Shown here: piece by piece, positions 27,410-38,155 of the stretch
Layout: each line of letters opens with the position of its first letter
Position numbering within the stretch: position 1 is the stretch's first letter
Assembly: GCA_038870975.1 (NCBI GenBank)
Contig: JAVZJD010000001.1
Span: forward strand, 672,001 to 736,000
Source: Candidatus Bathyarchaeia archaeon
Lineage (GTDB): Archaea > Thermoproteota > CALKCG01 > B24
DNA length: 64,000 bases
Direction: 5' to 3'
The notes under the pieces: generated by a model
Database searches by the model: none
What the model was told of the DNA's origin: nothing
The model's input: the letters and a program-made list of their open reading frames with translations, nothing else
Made by a program: the position numbers and the translations under genes

Positions 27410-28432
27410 ATGAGAAGGATTAAAGTTGGAATCGTAGGTTTAGGTATAATGGGTAGAGTGCACACAAAGGCATACAAAAGTCATCCGAATGTGGAAGTAA
27501 TAGCAGTATGCGATATAGATGAAGCCAAGGCTGAATCCTTTGCCAGAGAATTTTCAATTCCAAGGTTCTATACAGATTTTAGAGCTATGTCTGAAGATCC
27601 CGAACTTGAAGCAGTCTCTATAACTACTCCAGATTTTTCACATAAAGAACCCGTGATTACCTTTGCGAAAGCTGGCAAAGACATTCTATGTGAGAAACCC
27701 TTAGCTACTTCAACATCTGATGCCGAGGAAATGGTTAAAGCAGCAAGAAATAGTGGTGTTAAACTTATGGTCGCTTTTCACAATAGATGGAGTCCTCCAT
27801 ATGCTATTCTAAAGTCTAGAGTAATTTCAGGTGAATTAGGCGCCCCTGTATATGCATATACACGTCTCTGCGACACTATATACGTTCCAACAAAGATGAT
27901 AAGCTGGTCTTCTAAGACATCTGTCATCTGGTTCTTGGGAAGTCACGTGGTAGACCTTGTAAGGTGGATTTTTGAGAGAGAGGCTGAGAAGGTCTACTGC
28001 GTGAAGAGGGGTTACATCTTAAAAAGTATGAACATAGAGACTGAAGACTTCCTTCACTACATAGTTGAATTTCAAGATGGCGCTGTAGCACTGTTTGAAA
28101 ACAGCTGGGTTCTCCCAGAGACACTTCCATCAGTGGTGGATTTTGCAAGTAAGTTTGTCTTCACCAAGGGCTGTGTCTACGTAGACACTCACCATAGTCA
28201 GGCTATGAGAGTATTTACCTCCGCGAAGGCTGAAAATCCAGATTTATTCGGCGGCCCACTTGAAATACATGGACACTTAACTGGCTTCAACGTGAGAACG
28301 GTTTGGCACTTCGTCGAATGTCTTATTGAAGACAAAACGCCGTTATCTACAGGTGAAGATGGTTTGGCCGTGACGAAGATAATTGAAGCCGCTTTAAAAT
28401 CAGCCGCTGAAGGAAAACCTGTGAAAATTTAA
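27410..28432 (+). CDS. Gfo/Idh/MocA family oxidoreductase
   Basis: KVGIVGLGIMG, ILCEKPLA, LGSHVVD. Confidence 0.9.
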   Translation: MRRIKVGIVGLGIMGRVHTKAYKSHPNVEVIAVCDIDEAKAESFAREFSIPRFYTDFRAMSEDPELEAVSITTPDFSHKEPVITFAKAGKDILCEKPLATSTSDAEEMVKAARNSGVKLMVAFHNRWSPPYAILKSRVISGELGAPVYAYTRLCDTIYVPTKMISWSSKTSVIWFLGSHVVDLVRWIFEREAEKVYCVKRGYILKSMNIETEDFLHYIVEFQDGAVALFENSWVLPETLPSVVDFASKFVFTKGCVYVDTHHSQAMRVFTSAKAENPDLFGGPLEIHGHLTGFNVRTVWHFVECLIEDKTPLSTGEDGLAVTKIIEAALKSAAEGKPVKI

Positions 28433-28704
28433 ACGTTAAGAGCCTCTACATTTTTAATCCTATAAACTGCAAAGAAACCTATTGTACCGCTTAATCTAGT
28501 TGCCAACTCCCTCCTAAGCATTTTTACGTAATCTGGACTGCAATCTAGTATCATGATAAGCTCTACTGCGTCTAAATCCGGCCGATTAGGGAAGAGCCTA
28601 TCAATATTGTGCTTAACAATCTGACCGTTTTCAATACTATTTAATAGGTCGGAAATTTTATTCCAATCTCTAACGGGCGTACAAACCCTTAATAAATAGA
28701 ACAT
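28429..28704 (-). CDS. hypothetical protein (small alpha/beta fold)
   Basis: 91 aa ATG ORF with upstream AT-rich promoter-like region, convergent with the oxidoreductase. Confidence 0.6.
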   Translation of the reverse strand: MFYLLRVCTPVRDWNKISDLLNSIENGQIVKHNIDRLFPNRPDLDAVELIMILDCSPDYVKMLRRELATRLSGTIGFFAVYRIKNVEALNV

Positions 28705-29014
28705 TTTTCCACTTTCGCTTTCTAAAAATCTTAACTAGACTTTTTATATCTTTTCAATCTATTATACTCTCTTCATCATTTTATGGTGATTCTCTACACC
28801 CCGTCATAAGACTGACGTAATTTTCCATTATTTTTCTTCGTCCTTTTTCGGCCAATAACTTTTAACCACCAGAGTTTTCACTCCCATTTTATTGCTCAGT
28901 CCGTACGTCGTCTTAACGGTTTATGATATATCACAATTTTATAACCATAGCTAATTCAAAGTAGAAGGACATATGCTAGTGTTATGAATTATGCATCTGC
29001 ATCAGCCGCATCTA

Positions 29015-30826
29015 TTATTCGCTAACTTGCTCTAAGTTTTTAACTAGCAAATTTGAATATGCGTAAATTAAATGAGCAATCAAAGAAGCTATGAGTATGT
29101 ACATGCCATAACCCATAGCGACATCAAACGCTTTAAAGACACTGTTTTTTGCTAAGTTAAAGATTGCTAGAACTATCAGACAATTTATAAGAGCAGTTAT
29201 CCAGCATAATCTAGGTTTTATGAAAACAGTGGATAACTGAAAGACCAAGACTATCAATGTCACCACCGTCATCCATGGATTTAATCCAACGAGCAAACCA
29301 TATCTTTCCAGCAGATCCCACATTGTAAGTTCAGTTCTTCCAATAATCACGATGTGTGGACTTAGAAACCCTAAAAACGTCAAAACCCATCCAACTCCAG
29401 CTATAGCTCTGCCTAAAAAGACCTTCGTAGAAATTCTTTTAATCTGTTGTCGGTAGATTAAACTCGAGCAAACAACCGTTGCTATTAATAAAACCGGCAG
29501 ATACGGTGGATTTAGTCCTACTTCATATACCGGGCTTGTAGACAGTTGTACTCCATTAGATTCTAAAGCAACATAGAAGAATACTTTGCAAGGTATTACA
29601 GGCTCTATTTCAGCAATCCACCTGTTACCCATAAACTTCATGGTTTTCCTAATCCAGAGGCTACCTGGGATGCTACTCCTCCAAACAATAGACAGACTAT
29701 AGCCTTCAATAGATTCACTTTCAACTTCTACAGTCCATAGTTTAATCCTATAGTCTACTTTAGGACTTGAAATACTAGGTCCATCCTTAAACACACCATT
29801 TAACCATAGAATCGCTGTAGTTATCCAACTTGGATATGCTTTTGAATGGGTCCAATTTGGAGCTAAATTCATGACTTTATCTCGATAAGGTATTGCTGTG
29901 AAGGTATCGTTTATAGAGTGTAATGTGAAGAATTCATCGTTTGTAGATACCAGTACAAGTATCGGTTTATCTATCTTAGAAGCATAGAAGTACACGTCGA
30001 AATACTTAATCATAAGGTCGGCAAGTTCAGACTTTATGTTAAAGGTCTTCGGAACCATATGGTTTGCCAAACTACCGGACATTATTAAATCTCTATAGTT
30101 TCCAGACGCTACTATAGGTATGGCTGCTTTAACCCTTGGATCTACAGCTGCAACAATGTACGTCTCCACCCCTCCCATAGAAGCACCAGCTACTGCGATG
30201 CGCTCCTTATCTACATCTTCAATAGATGTTAGAAATGTCACAGCTCTTATGGCAGACCATGCCGCATGATAGTAATAAGCACCCCCAGGTCCACCGGATA
30301 TGTTAACTATGTTACTGGCTTTACACGCAGGTTCTCTAGAAGATTCACCGCATCCAGGTGCGTCAATACCCATGACGATATAGCCTTTTGAAGCAATGTA
30401 GACGGCGATACTTAAAAAGTCTCTAGAAGAACCGTTAGTTCCATGAAGCATTAAAATTGCTGGTAGAGGCTTAGTTTGATTTACTGGTTGAGCTATAAAC
30501 CCGTTTATCCTGACATTCCAACAACCGTAGTGCTCACTCGTATATTCCAACCATCGAATACTGACACTATAGTTATCTTCAACTCTATGCACAATTCCTT
30601 TGAATTCTATGTTTAAAGGCTCTTCAAAGGCTCTTGTTAAATTCCAGAAATCTATGCTTGGGCCACTCGGAGGATTGGAAAACCTTCTAGGAGTTTGAAT
30701 TGTAAGTCCAGTCGTCAGCAAAACGGAGGCTGTTGAAAATCCCACCACAAGTATTATTCTTAGAAAGCCAGAGGCTCCTCTAATTCTTACACGGCTCTGT
30801 TTGTTAAGATCACGTACTTCATCCAT
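29015..30826 (-). CDS. Membrane-anchored alpha/beta hydrolase (acetyl xylan esterase-like)
   Basis: PAILMLHG, IDAPGCGES, GASMGG nucleophile elbow, NDEFF, WTH; N-terminal signal/TM and several C-terminal TMs. Confidence 0.8.
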   Translation of the reverse strand: MDEVRDLNKQSRVRIRGASGFLRIILVVGFSTASVLLTTGLTIQTPRRFSNPPSGPSIDFWNLTRAFEEPLNIEFKGIVHRVEDNYSVSIRWLEYTSEHYGCWNVRINGFIAQPVNQTKPLPAILMLHGTNGSSRDFLSIAVYIASKGYIVMGIDAPGCGESSREPACKASNIVNISGGPGGAYYYHAAWSAIRAVTFLTSIEDVDKERIAVAGASMGGVETYIVAAVDPRVKAAIPIVASGNYRDLIMSGSLANHMVPKTFNIKSELADLMIKYFDVYFYASKIDKPILVLVSTNDEFFTLHSINDTFTAIPYRDKVMNLAPNWTHSKAYPSWITTAILWLNGVFKDGPSISSPKVDYRIKLWTVEVESESIEGYSLSIVWRSSIPGSLWIRKTMKFMGNRWIAEIEPVIPCKVFFYVALESNGVQLSTSPVYEVGLNPPYLPVLLIATVVCSSLIYRQQIKRISTKVFLGRAIAGVGWVLTFLGFLSPHIVIIGRTELTMWDLLERYGLLVGLNPWMTVVTLIVLVFQLSTVFIKPRLCWITALINCLIVLAIFNLAKNSVFKAFDVAMGYGMYILIASLIAHLIYAYSNLLVKNLEQVSE

Positions 30827-31274
30827 GGGAAATGCCTCAGATACCCCAGGTTAAACTCATCCATTTAACCAGGTCGTTCTTAGGTGACTTTCGTCATCGG
30901 CATTTAAAAATTTGCCTTTCGTAATAATTAAAGATTATCTTCATATATTACAAAATCGCTTATCTATTGTTTGACTAAAAATAGCACCTTATCTTTGACA
31001 GATGGCTTCTTCATATCTATTAGGGATTCCTGACTTAATTGGTTTGCAAATTTCAATACTAAACTCTCGCCGCTATTCACGTATTTTGCTCTTAAGTTCT
31101 CCACTATCTTTAATATGTCTCCAAACGAATCTAGTACTTACCAAGCTTCTTAGGAGGAAAAGCTAATAACAATTTTCCATAAAATATATGAAAACCCTTA
31201 AAAACCTGTAGGTTCTAAAGTTAGAGGCGCATCTACATGGGGAGTTAAGGCTTTGGAAAGTACTGAGGAATTTA

Positions 31275-32441
31275 ACGAACCTTGTCAAAGAGGAAGGGTT
31301 CAAAAGATTTAAAGAATCATTCCTAGCTTATTCGACAGACTTAGGTGGACTCATAGCTGGACTGATAATTTTTCTCCAGTTAGAATCCTTTCTAAGCGAA
31401 CCTTGGATTGTAATGCTATACCCCATTATGATGACGCTTAGAGGAAACGTAGGCGGGGTTTTTTCAGCCAGATTGTCTACAAGTTTAAACTTGGGTACAA
31501 TTAGACCATCCTTCAGAAGAAATACTCCACTCTTCGTGATACTTTTTTCAGCTATTAACTCTGTTTCTCTTCTCTTAAGCTTCTTCTCGGGATTGATGGT
31601 GTTCTTCGCGCAAGTGTTCATCGTGGGATTTAAACCGTGGCTCTTAGGAGTTATACTTTTAACCGCTATAAGTGTTCAGACGATTTCAATGTCTATTTCC
31701 ATCCCAATCACGTGTATCATGGGCTTTGCAAGCTTTAAACGCAATATAGACCCAGACGTCGTCATCTATCCGATGATGTCTACTGTTACAGATATCGTAG
31801 AGTCCTCCGCCTACATCATTGTCATCATCATGGTAAAAAGTTTAACCGGACTAATTACACTGTCATCTATATGTACACTATACTTATTAGTAATTTTCTT
31901 CTTCTTAAAGAAATGTAAAAGGGAGAAAGAATTCATAGAGTCTATAAAACAACCACTCGCCTCTCTACTCATCAGTTTGTCCTTCGGTTGGCTTTCGGGT
32001 TTAGCGTTATCGAATATTAAATCCAAGTTAGAAATGTATCCCAGTATTATGATTATCTATCCGGCGATTATAGATACACTCGGCGACTTCGGCGCATCTA
32101 TGGGCTCCATTTTTACAACAAGACTTTCTGAAGGATCCATTAGTCCCAGGCTCTCTCTAAGCCTCTTAGAATTTTACGAGACGATTCAAATGTGGCTTTC
32201 AGCTCTAGTATACTTCATGGTTTATGCCTGTATAGCTTTCGTAAATGGCTTTCAAGGCTTTCATGCGATAATGCTGTGTTTCATATTATCTTCTCCAGCA
32301 ATCTTGTTTATTTGTAGATTATCTGCTGTTGGGGTCTTCAAAAGGAATTTAGATCCAGATAACTTTGTAATACCGTTTGAAACAACACTTAGTGATTTTT
32401 TAGGTACAGTCCTCCTAAGCTTTTTCCTAGGGATCATTTAA
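31275..32441 (+). CDS. mgtE: MgtE/SLC41 divalent cation transporter (two-repeat archaeal type)
   Basis: RGNVGGVFSARLST, IDPDVV.YP, LDPDNFVIP; frame open upstream of ATG 31413 encoding ESFLAYSTDLGGLIAG; start uncertain (ACG 31275, CTG 31263 or frameshifted ATG 31237). Confidence 0.8.
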   Translation, partial: TNLVKEEGFKRFKESFLAYSTDLGGLIAGLIIFLQLESFLSEPWIVMLYPIMMTLRGNVGGVFSARLSTSLNLGTIRPSFRRNTPLFVILFSAINSVSLLLSFFSGLMVFFAQVFIVGFKPWLLGVILLTAISVQTISMSISIPITCIMGFASFKRNIDPDVVIYPMMSTVTDIVESSAYIIVIIMVKSLTGLITLSSICTLYLLVIFFFLKKCKREKEFIESIKQPLASLLISLSFGWLSGLALSNIKSKLEMYPSIMIIYPAIIDTLGDFGASMGSIFTTRLSEGSISPRLSLSLLEFYETIQMWLSALVYFMVYACIAFVNGFQGFHAIMLCFILSSPAILFICRLSAVGVFKRNLDPDNFVIPFETTLSDFLGTVLLSFFLGII

Positions 32442-32442
32442 A

Positions 32443-33021
32443 TTATTCAATATCCTCAGCCTCTTCTTCAGCCTCTTCCAGTATTTCTATACCTTCTCTA
32501 TAGCCCGATAAAAGCAATAAATCGCCTTTTTCCAATTGAACATCCTCATTGGGGTCGTAAATCCAAACATCCCTATGTCTGACGGCTAAAACCCTAACGC
32601 CTATTCTATCGTCAAACGATAAGTCGCCTATACGTTTCCCTAAAAATACAGAATCCTCATCTACTTTTACGATTAAGACTTGTTCGTTCGTTTCTTCTCC
32701 GGCAAGCTCTAAAACTGGATGCGTCTCTTCCCCTCTTAAAACAGTGAACGCTAAATCTTTAGCAAAATCACTGATCCTTTCCATAGATTCTACGAGAAGC
32801 ATAACCGCCATAGCTGTTTCAGCTCCAATTTTCTCTGCCTGCTCAATCAGAAGCCTTTGAAGTTCAACTCTAAGCTTATCGATTTCCTCCTCAAACTTTA
32901 AAACACCTTTAGCTAAAGACTTTGACTCGTATAGAATACTAGAGTATGCTAAGTACAATGCGATCTCGCTTTTATCTTTAATCTCTCTAAGTTTCTCACT
33001 TACCTCCTGGTATATGGACAA
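32443..33021 (-). CDS. PhoU-like + TrkA-C (RCK-C) domain protein
   Basis: KSEIALYLAYSSILY, MERISD; C-terminal S.FLGK.I.DL...GVRVLAVR...GDLLLLSG. Confidence 0.85.
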   Translation of the reverse strand: MSIYQEVSEKLREIKDKSEIALYLAYSSILYESKSLAKGVLKFEEEIDKLRVELQRLLIEQAEKIGAETAMAVMLLVESMERISDFAKDLAFTVLRGEETHPVLELAGEETNEQVLIVKVDEDSVFLGKRIGDLSFDDRIGVRVLAVRHRDVWIYDPNEDVQLEKGDLLLLSGYREGIEILEEAEEEAEDIE

Positions 33022-33621
33022 CTATATTCCTCCAGCATAAGTTTTTAAACAGGCTAAAGCATCCGTTGTACCTCTAACAACTAATATATCGCCTGACTTC
33101 AACTCGAATTTACTACTTGGATTTATCACCCATCTGTTATTCCTCTTGACACCTATGACGTCAAACCCCACACCGCTTGCTATCAAAGCGTTCTCAATGG
33201 TCAATCCCTCAAGACGACTTCCCTTCATAATTTGAATTACGCTGACGCTCTCATCAGCCTTCATAAATCCTTCTTTAATCTTATGGTGGATCCTCATCTT
33301 CTCCAGAACTATCTTAGCTATTTCAATGGCCTCATAAGCTACCATAGTGGCTACATCCGTAATCTTAAAAACCGATATTGCTTTTTCAGCACTGGCAAGG
33401 CTTCTAACAGCAAGGCTCATATGGATAATGATCGCCTTTTTCAAGTCGTTTACACTCTGTTCTAAATCTAGAACTTGCTTTGCGACCTCTTCATCATCAT
33501 ACATTATTGAGGCATAAGCTAAATCCAACATTAGACTTGAAAGATTTATAAGGTCTTTCAGCGAGTCTTTAACACCCCTCGGTTGAACAGCCTCCTCTAA
33601 CTGCTTCAATTTACGTTCCAA
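33022..33621 (-). CDS. PhoU-like + TrkA-C (RCK-C) domain protein (paralogue)
   Basis: SSLMLDLAYASI; C-terminal GSRLEG...DVIGVKR...GDILVVRG. Confidence 0.85.
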   Translation of the reverse strand: MERKLKQLEEAVQPRGVKDSLKDLINLSSLMLDLAYASIMYDDEEVAKQVLDLEQSVNDLKKAIIIHMSLAVRSLASAEKAISVFKITDVATMVAYEAIEIAKIVLEKMRIHHKIKEGFMKADESVSVIQIMKGSRLEGLTIENALIASGVGFDVIGVKRNNRWVINPSSKFELKSGDILVVRGTTDALACLKTYAGGI

Positions 33622-33740
33622 TTACAATAAATATAAGCAGTCCAGCTATTAAAAATTTCTAAGGCTACGTGGAAAATATAAGGCAAAGCCGTACTTAAAC
33701 GGTAGCTTTCCCATAAATCTCACTCAATCTTTTAAATTTT

Positions 33741-36536
33741 TCACCAGTAATCCCTCGTTTCAAGATATTCTTTCATAGCTTCTTGAAGGCTCTGCATGAA
33801 ACTTTTATGGTCCTTATGGGGTTTAGCTAGTATTTGATGGGCCGTTAGAGGCCCAATTCCCTTGACGGCTAAGGCTATGGCTGCCTTTTTTCCATATATC
33901 GATAATAGGTTTGAACTCATCTCGGCGCGAGCAATTAAATCTTCCTCCTCCTCGGTTAAACCCAATCCTTGCTTCAACTTTCTAATGGCCTTTAAGACTT
34001 CATCTATACGCCACTTTACTATTGTTATTCTTCTCGAGTTACACTTATTGCAATTTACATACTCTGGTAGTTCTTTGATAGTGGCTCTACGTGTATTTAA
34101 ACAATCGAGGCATAGAAGCGTTATCATCCTATTCATAACTCTATCTTCAAAATAGTCTAGGCTTTCTGTAACCGGTACTTCTCCAACTTCTACTATAGGC
34201 ATAGCCATCGGTGTAGGTTTTTCGCCTCTATAGATCGATATTTTAACGGCCCCGTTTTTAAGCTTGTTTAAAAGCTTGGAAAAATGTTTTACATCGTAGT
34301 GTGTAGATAATTGAAATCTAAAGGCCTCTTCATGTACAGGTGTATCTTTAAATAGCTCTGAAAGAGTCATTAAGAAACTTGCTGACTTGTAATAGAGGTT
34401 CTTAGGGATTGCGTCGAATTTAACGGCTACGTGTCTAATTACATAAGGGTCTGTATGTTCTTTAAGTATTTTTAAAGACTCATTAAAACTTAATTGTTTA
34501 AGCATGTCAGCGATCGACGATGGATCTATTGGGCTGGAGAGAATAAACAAAATTCTATACGCATCGCATCTTGTTATACATTCCTCTTTAAACTTCTGTT
34601 TGATTTTTTCCGTTAAAACCTTTGCTAAAATCTTGTTAACTCCATGGCCAAAACACGAATGAACTACTACATAACGGTCAAACCCCTCTACCAAGAGAGT
34701 GCTATCAGATGGTACTATGGCAACCCTAAGTTGTTCTTCAAAAACCTTTAAAACATCTAAAATGGGCGCTTTTTCTACGTTGAATTCCTCGGCAAGCTTA
34801 GTTGCTATTTCTTCAATCGTACTTACGCTGAGCAACTCAGCGATACGTCTTCTAAGTATGCCAACTGTTAACGCGACTTGATGACTTGTAGGTAGGACCT
34901 CACCTTCCCATCCAGGTATGGCTGCTATGAAATCGTCCGTAGGTTTAACATAAACCCTATCCCCTTCTATCGCCTTAATTATCCACGGTCTCCCCCTAAG
35001 GATGACTTTAACGCCTGGTTTTCCATACTCTGAGAAGAAGTCTTCCCCTAGATAAGCAATTTCCTCTCCATTCTCCAGGTTGTAAACTGGAAACTTAAGC
35101 TCCTCAGGTATTGTGGACAAATGTCTATAGTAGTAGGCTTTAGTTCTCCTACTTGAGACTACGCAATCATTCTGAAGCTTTAACAATCCCAGTCTATCCA
35201 TATATGTTAAAAGTTTTTCGAACAACTGCTTGCTTAAACCTCTATATGGGTAGCTTCGCCTTATGATTGCCAATGCTTCATCTTGCTTAATTCTACCTCC
35301 ATTTTCTAACACTATGCCTGCTACTTGATGCGCCAAAACATCTAAAGCCCCACTATGAATTTTAACTTCTTCAAGCCGCCGCCTAACTGCAAGCATTTGG
35401 ATCGCTAAGCTTTCCAACAGATCGTCTAAACCAGCTGAAATTATGATGCCTTTAGAAGTTCTCTCTAAACTATGACCACTCCTACCAGTCCTCTGTAGGA
35501 AAGATGTCACCTGCCTAGGAGAGAGATATTGAATAGTTAGATTTACGTATCCTACGTCTATTCCCAATTCTAAGCTACTCGTACATACCACGGCTGGTAT
35601 TAACCCCTGTTTAAGCAACGCCTCAGCATGTTCTCTAACAGTTTTAGAAAGTGAACTGTGATGTGTTGAAGTTTCAAGCCCCATAAGTCTAAATCTACTA
35701 CTCAAATATTCAGCATACTCTCGGCAGTTTGTAAAGACCAAGGTTGGTTTGTATTTTTCTATAAGCTTAGCCATAAGCCTAATTCTAGCGGCTGTTTCAG
35801 GCTTCGTTTGAAGCTTCATGGCTAGCTCAAAATCTTCAGACTTAGGTTTAGGTGCTTCAACTTTGAATTCGTAGGATTTAGGCGTTTCATCGATTACTAC
35901 TTTCATCTGTCTACTTGAACCCGCGAGAAACTTAGCTACGAGCTTAGGATTCTGAACAGTCGCAGAAAGTCCTATAATCTGCAGGTTATATGCAATATTC
36001 TTCAATCTTTCAAGACCTACTGTAAGCTGAACACCCCGTTTACTCTCTAGAAGGTTATGAACTTCATCCACTATAATCCAACGTACCCTGCTCAACCATC
36101 TTCTCATCCCGGAAGATACGAGAATTGCTTGTAGCGTTTCAGGCGTCGTTATAAGTACTTCAGGCGGTTCTTTACCTTGAATCCGTCTAATACTCCTTGG
36201 AGTATCTCCATGTCTGACGTCAACTGAAACTTCGACTTCACGGCAGAGCCTTATAAGTCTCTTGTAAATATCTCTATTAAGTGCCCTCAGCGGAGTAATA
36301 TAGATTATGTATATCCCACTAGAAACGTCGCTCTCTCTCAGCTTTAAATACATACTTAAAACTGGTAGAAAAGCAGCCTCCGTTTTACCAGAACCCGTAG
36401 GTGCTACTATGAGAAGGTTTTCACCACGTAAGATTAACGGTATACTCTGATTCTGAACAGCAGTATAGCTGTCAAATAGCTTCGGTATTGATGGATGCAA
36501 TTGGAAACTCAATAATACTTCTCCCCGACCTCTCAA
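33741..36536 (-). CDS. lhr: Lhr-like DEAD/DEAH-box helicase
   Basis: APTGSGKT, ITPLRALN, TTPETL, IVDEVH, GLSAT, TSSLELGIDVG, QRTGRSGH; C-terminal Zn finger. Confidence 0.92.
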   Translation of the reverse strand: MRGRGEVLLSFQLHPSIPKLFDSYTAVQNQSIPLILRGENLLIVAPTGSGKTEAAFLPVLSMYLKLRESDVSSGIYIIYITPLRALNRDIYKRLIRLCREVEVSVDVRHGDTPRSIRRIQGKEPPEVLITTPETLQAILVSSGMRRWLSRVRWIIVDEVHNLLESKRGVQLTVGLERLKNIAYNLQIIGLSATVQNPKLVAKFLAGSSRQMKVVIDETPKSYEFKVEAPKPKSEDFELAMKLQTKPETAARIRLMAKLIEKYKPTLVFTNCREYAEYLSSRFRLMGLETSTHHSSLSKTVREHAEALLKQGLIPAVVCTSSLELGIDVGYVNLTIQYLSPRQVTSFLQRTGRSGHSLERTSKGIIISAGLDDLLESLAIQMLAVRRRLEEVKIHSGALDVLAHQVAGIVLENGGRIKQDEALAIIRRSYPYRGLSKQLFEKLLTYMDRLGLLKLQNDCVVSSRRTKAYYYRHLSTIPEELKFPVYNLENGEEIAYLGEDFFSEYGKPGVKVILRGRPWIIKAIEGDRVYVKPTDDFIAAIPGWEGEVLPTSHQVALTVGILRRRIAELLSVSTIEEIATKLAEEFNVEKAPILDVLKVFEEQLRVAIVPSDSTLLVEGFDRYVVVHSCFGHGVNKILAKVLTEKIKQKFKEECITRCDAYRILFILSSPIDPSSIADMLKQLSFNESLKILKEHTDPYVIRHVAVKFDAIPKNLYYKSASFLMTLSELFKDTPVHEEAFRFQLSTHYDVKHFSKLLNKLKNGAVKISIYRGEKPTPMAMPIVEVGEVPVTESLDYFEDRVMNRMITLLCLDCLNTRRATIKELPEYVNCNKCNSRRITIVKWRIDEVLKAIRKLKQGLGLTEEEEDLIARAEMSSNLLSIYGKKAAIALAVKGIGPLTAHQILAKPHKDHKSFMQSLQEAMKEYLETRDYW

Positions 36537-36566
36537 GAAACTTAGAGAAAGCAGATAAAAACGTTT

Positions 36567-37643
36567 TTAAGCTTTTTCTCTAGTTTTCTCAGCTCTATCC
36601 CATTTCACTTTAGCTACTCTAATCAGACTTTTTAAGCCTTGTTCACTGATTTCCTCAGCTTGTATGGCCTTTAATTCTAAGGCCCTTCTAAAGATCTTCT
36701 CACCAGTGTCCGTTCTAATTATAACAGTTGAGAATCCAGGTTTAGACCCTATACCGCCAACCGATACATCCGCCAGTCTGGCTGTTAAATCTAAGCAACT
36801 TGCACATCCCTTTCTACTGTACTTATCTAGCTCTTTAACACTAACCGAGATGAGATTTTCACCGTTTTCACCATAAGCATTAAACTTTCCACCAGATATA
36901 TCGAACTTAAAAACAGCCTCTGGTTTAATCCCTCTACTAAGCAGAAACTCCGATATGAGGTTGTAATTGAAATTCTCCATACAAAATAAACCTATTATGA
37001 GCTTAGCAGCCTCTCCAAGTTTTCGATGTCCCATGCTCGTCAACTGCATCTTCCTCACACTTAAAACTTGACACGGTGTCCCTACAAAAGCTATCCTATT
37101 CCGCATGTATTCATAAAATGCTGAAGCTAAAGCCATAACCATAGGACAATACGTATACTTCGATCCAGCTGCCTCCAACACTTCTTGGAAAGTAAAAGCC
37201 ACTCTAGCTTCAGGCATCCAACCCTTTAACCTATCTGCCATAGCTACTGTAGCGCAATCAACCCACTTTTCTTCTAAGGCTATTTTAAGTAGAGTGGTAA
37301 CAACCCCTCCGTTTGCAGCTTTAGATTGTATCTTTTCATCGGTAGCTTTAACCGTATATATGGCTTTATAGAAACCTACTGGATTTACAATATCCCCCTC
37401 ATTTCTGTAGAACTCTTTTTCAAGCTCTTTTAAAGTCGGTCTGATTTTAGGACATTGATAGTAACATAGTTGACATAATATGCATCTACCAGTAAGTGCC
37501 GGCCATCCATCTTTTACACTTATCGCTTTAACCGGGCAAACAGACATACAAGCGCCACAGAATATACACTCCTCTTGTTTAATCACTTCTTTAACGAGTT
37601 GACTAAATACTTTAAGCGTCTTAGTTTCAGTTGGAAGAGTCAC
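36567..37643 (-). CDS. Coenzyme F420 hydrogenase/dehydrogenase beta subunit (FrhB/FpoF family) with 2x[4Fe-4S] N-terminus
   Basis: CIFCGACMSVCP, CILCQLCYYQCP, GGVVT, AAGSKY, VGTPCQ, IGLFCMENF, CASCLD, DVSVG. Confidence 0.9.
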   Translation of the reverse strand: MTLPTETKTLKVFSQLVKEVIKQEECIFCGACMSVCPVKAISVKDGWPALTGRCILCQLCYYQCPKIRPTLKELEKEFYRNEGDIVNPVGFYKAIYTVKATDEKIQSKAANGGVVTTLLKIALEEKWVDCATVAMADRLKGWMPEARVAFTFQEVLEAAGSKYTYCPMVMALASAFYEYMRNRIAFVGTPCQVLSVRKMQLTSMGHRKLGEAAKLIIGLFCMENFNYNLISEFLLSRGIKPEAVFKFDISGGKFNAYGENGENLISVSVKELDKYSRKGCASCLDLTARLADVSVGGIGSKPGFSTVIIRTDTGEKIFRRALELKAIQAEEISEQGLKSLIRVAKVKWDRAEKTREKA

Positions 37644-37740
37644 ATCTTTAAATCAAGAGAGTAAAGATTTAAAGATTAAGACACCCCCATTTAGAGAGAG
37701 GAAAAATCTTAAATTAAGAAACATTTTTTCTATATTTGTC

Positions 37741-38079
37741 ATGTCTATCAATGAACTCGTGACCAGCCCAGTAATAATATTCATGCTTTCACTTATAGTA
37801 GCTTGGATTTTGTACACCATAGGCGGTTCGGTAGCTGTTAAATCTAAGCGTAGTTTAAACAAGTCTAAACCGTATGCGTGTGGTCAGGATGTTCCAGCCG
37901 AAAGAACCCCAGTTGTCATATGGCTTTTTAAGTTTGCAACGGCTTTCTTAGTAATCGACATAGTAGCGTATTTGCTCATCTTAAGCATGGGGTCTCCCCT
38001 TGCGAGCCCGGTGAGAGAGTTGATTCTAGCCTATGGCATTGTAACGTTAATAGCTTTAATTACCATAATAAGAAGGTGA
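37741..38079 (+). CDS. nuoA: Complex I-like subunit A (NuoA/FpoA)
   Basis: 3 TMs with KSKPYACGQD loop and FLVIDI. Confidence 0.75.
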   Translation: MSINELVTSPVIIFMLSLIVAWILYTIGGSVAVKSKRSLNKSKPYACGQDVPAERTPVVIWLFKFATAFLVIDIVAYLLILSMGSPLASPVRELILAYGIVTLIALITIIRR

Positions 38080-38155
38080 TTTGTGTGAAAAGGGTCGTAG
38101 CAGTGACTTCGGTCGACGCCTGTACCTTAGAACTAGGAATAGCCATTGAGATAGG

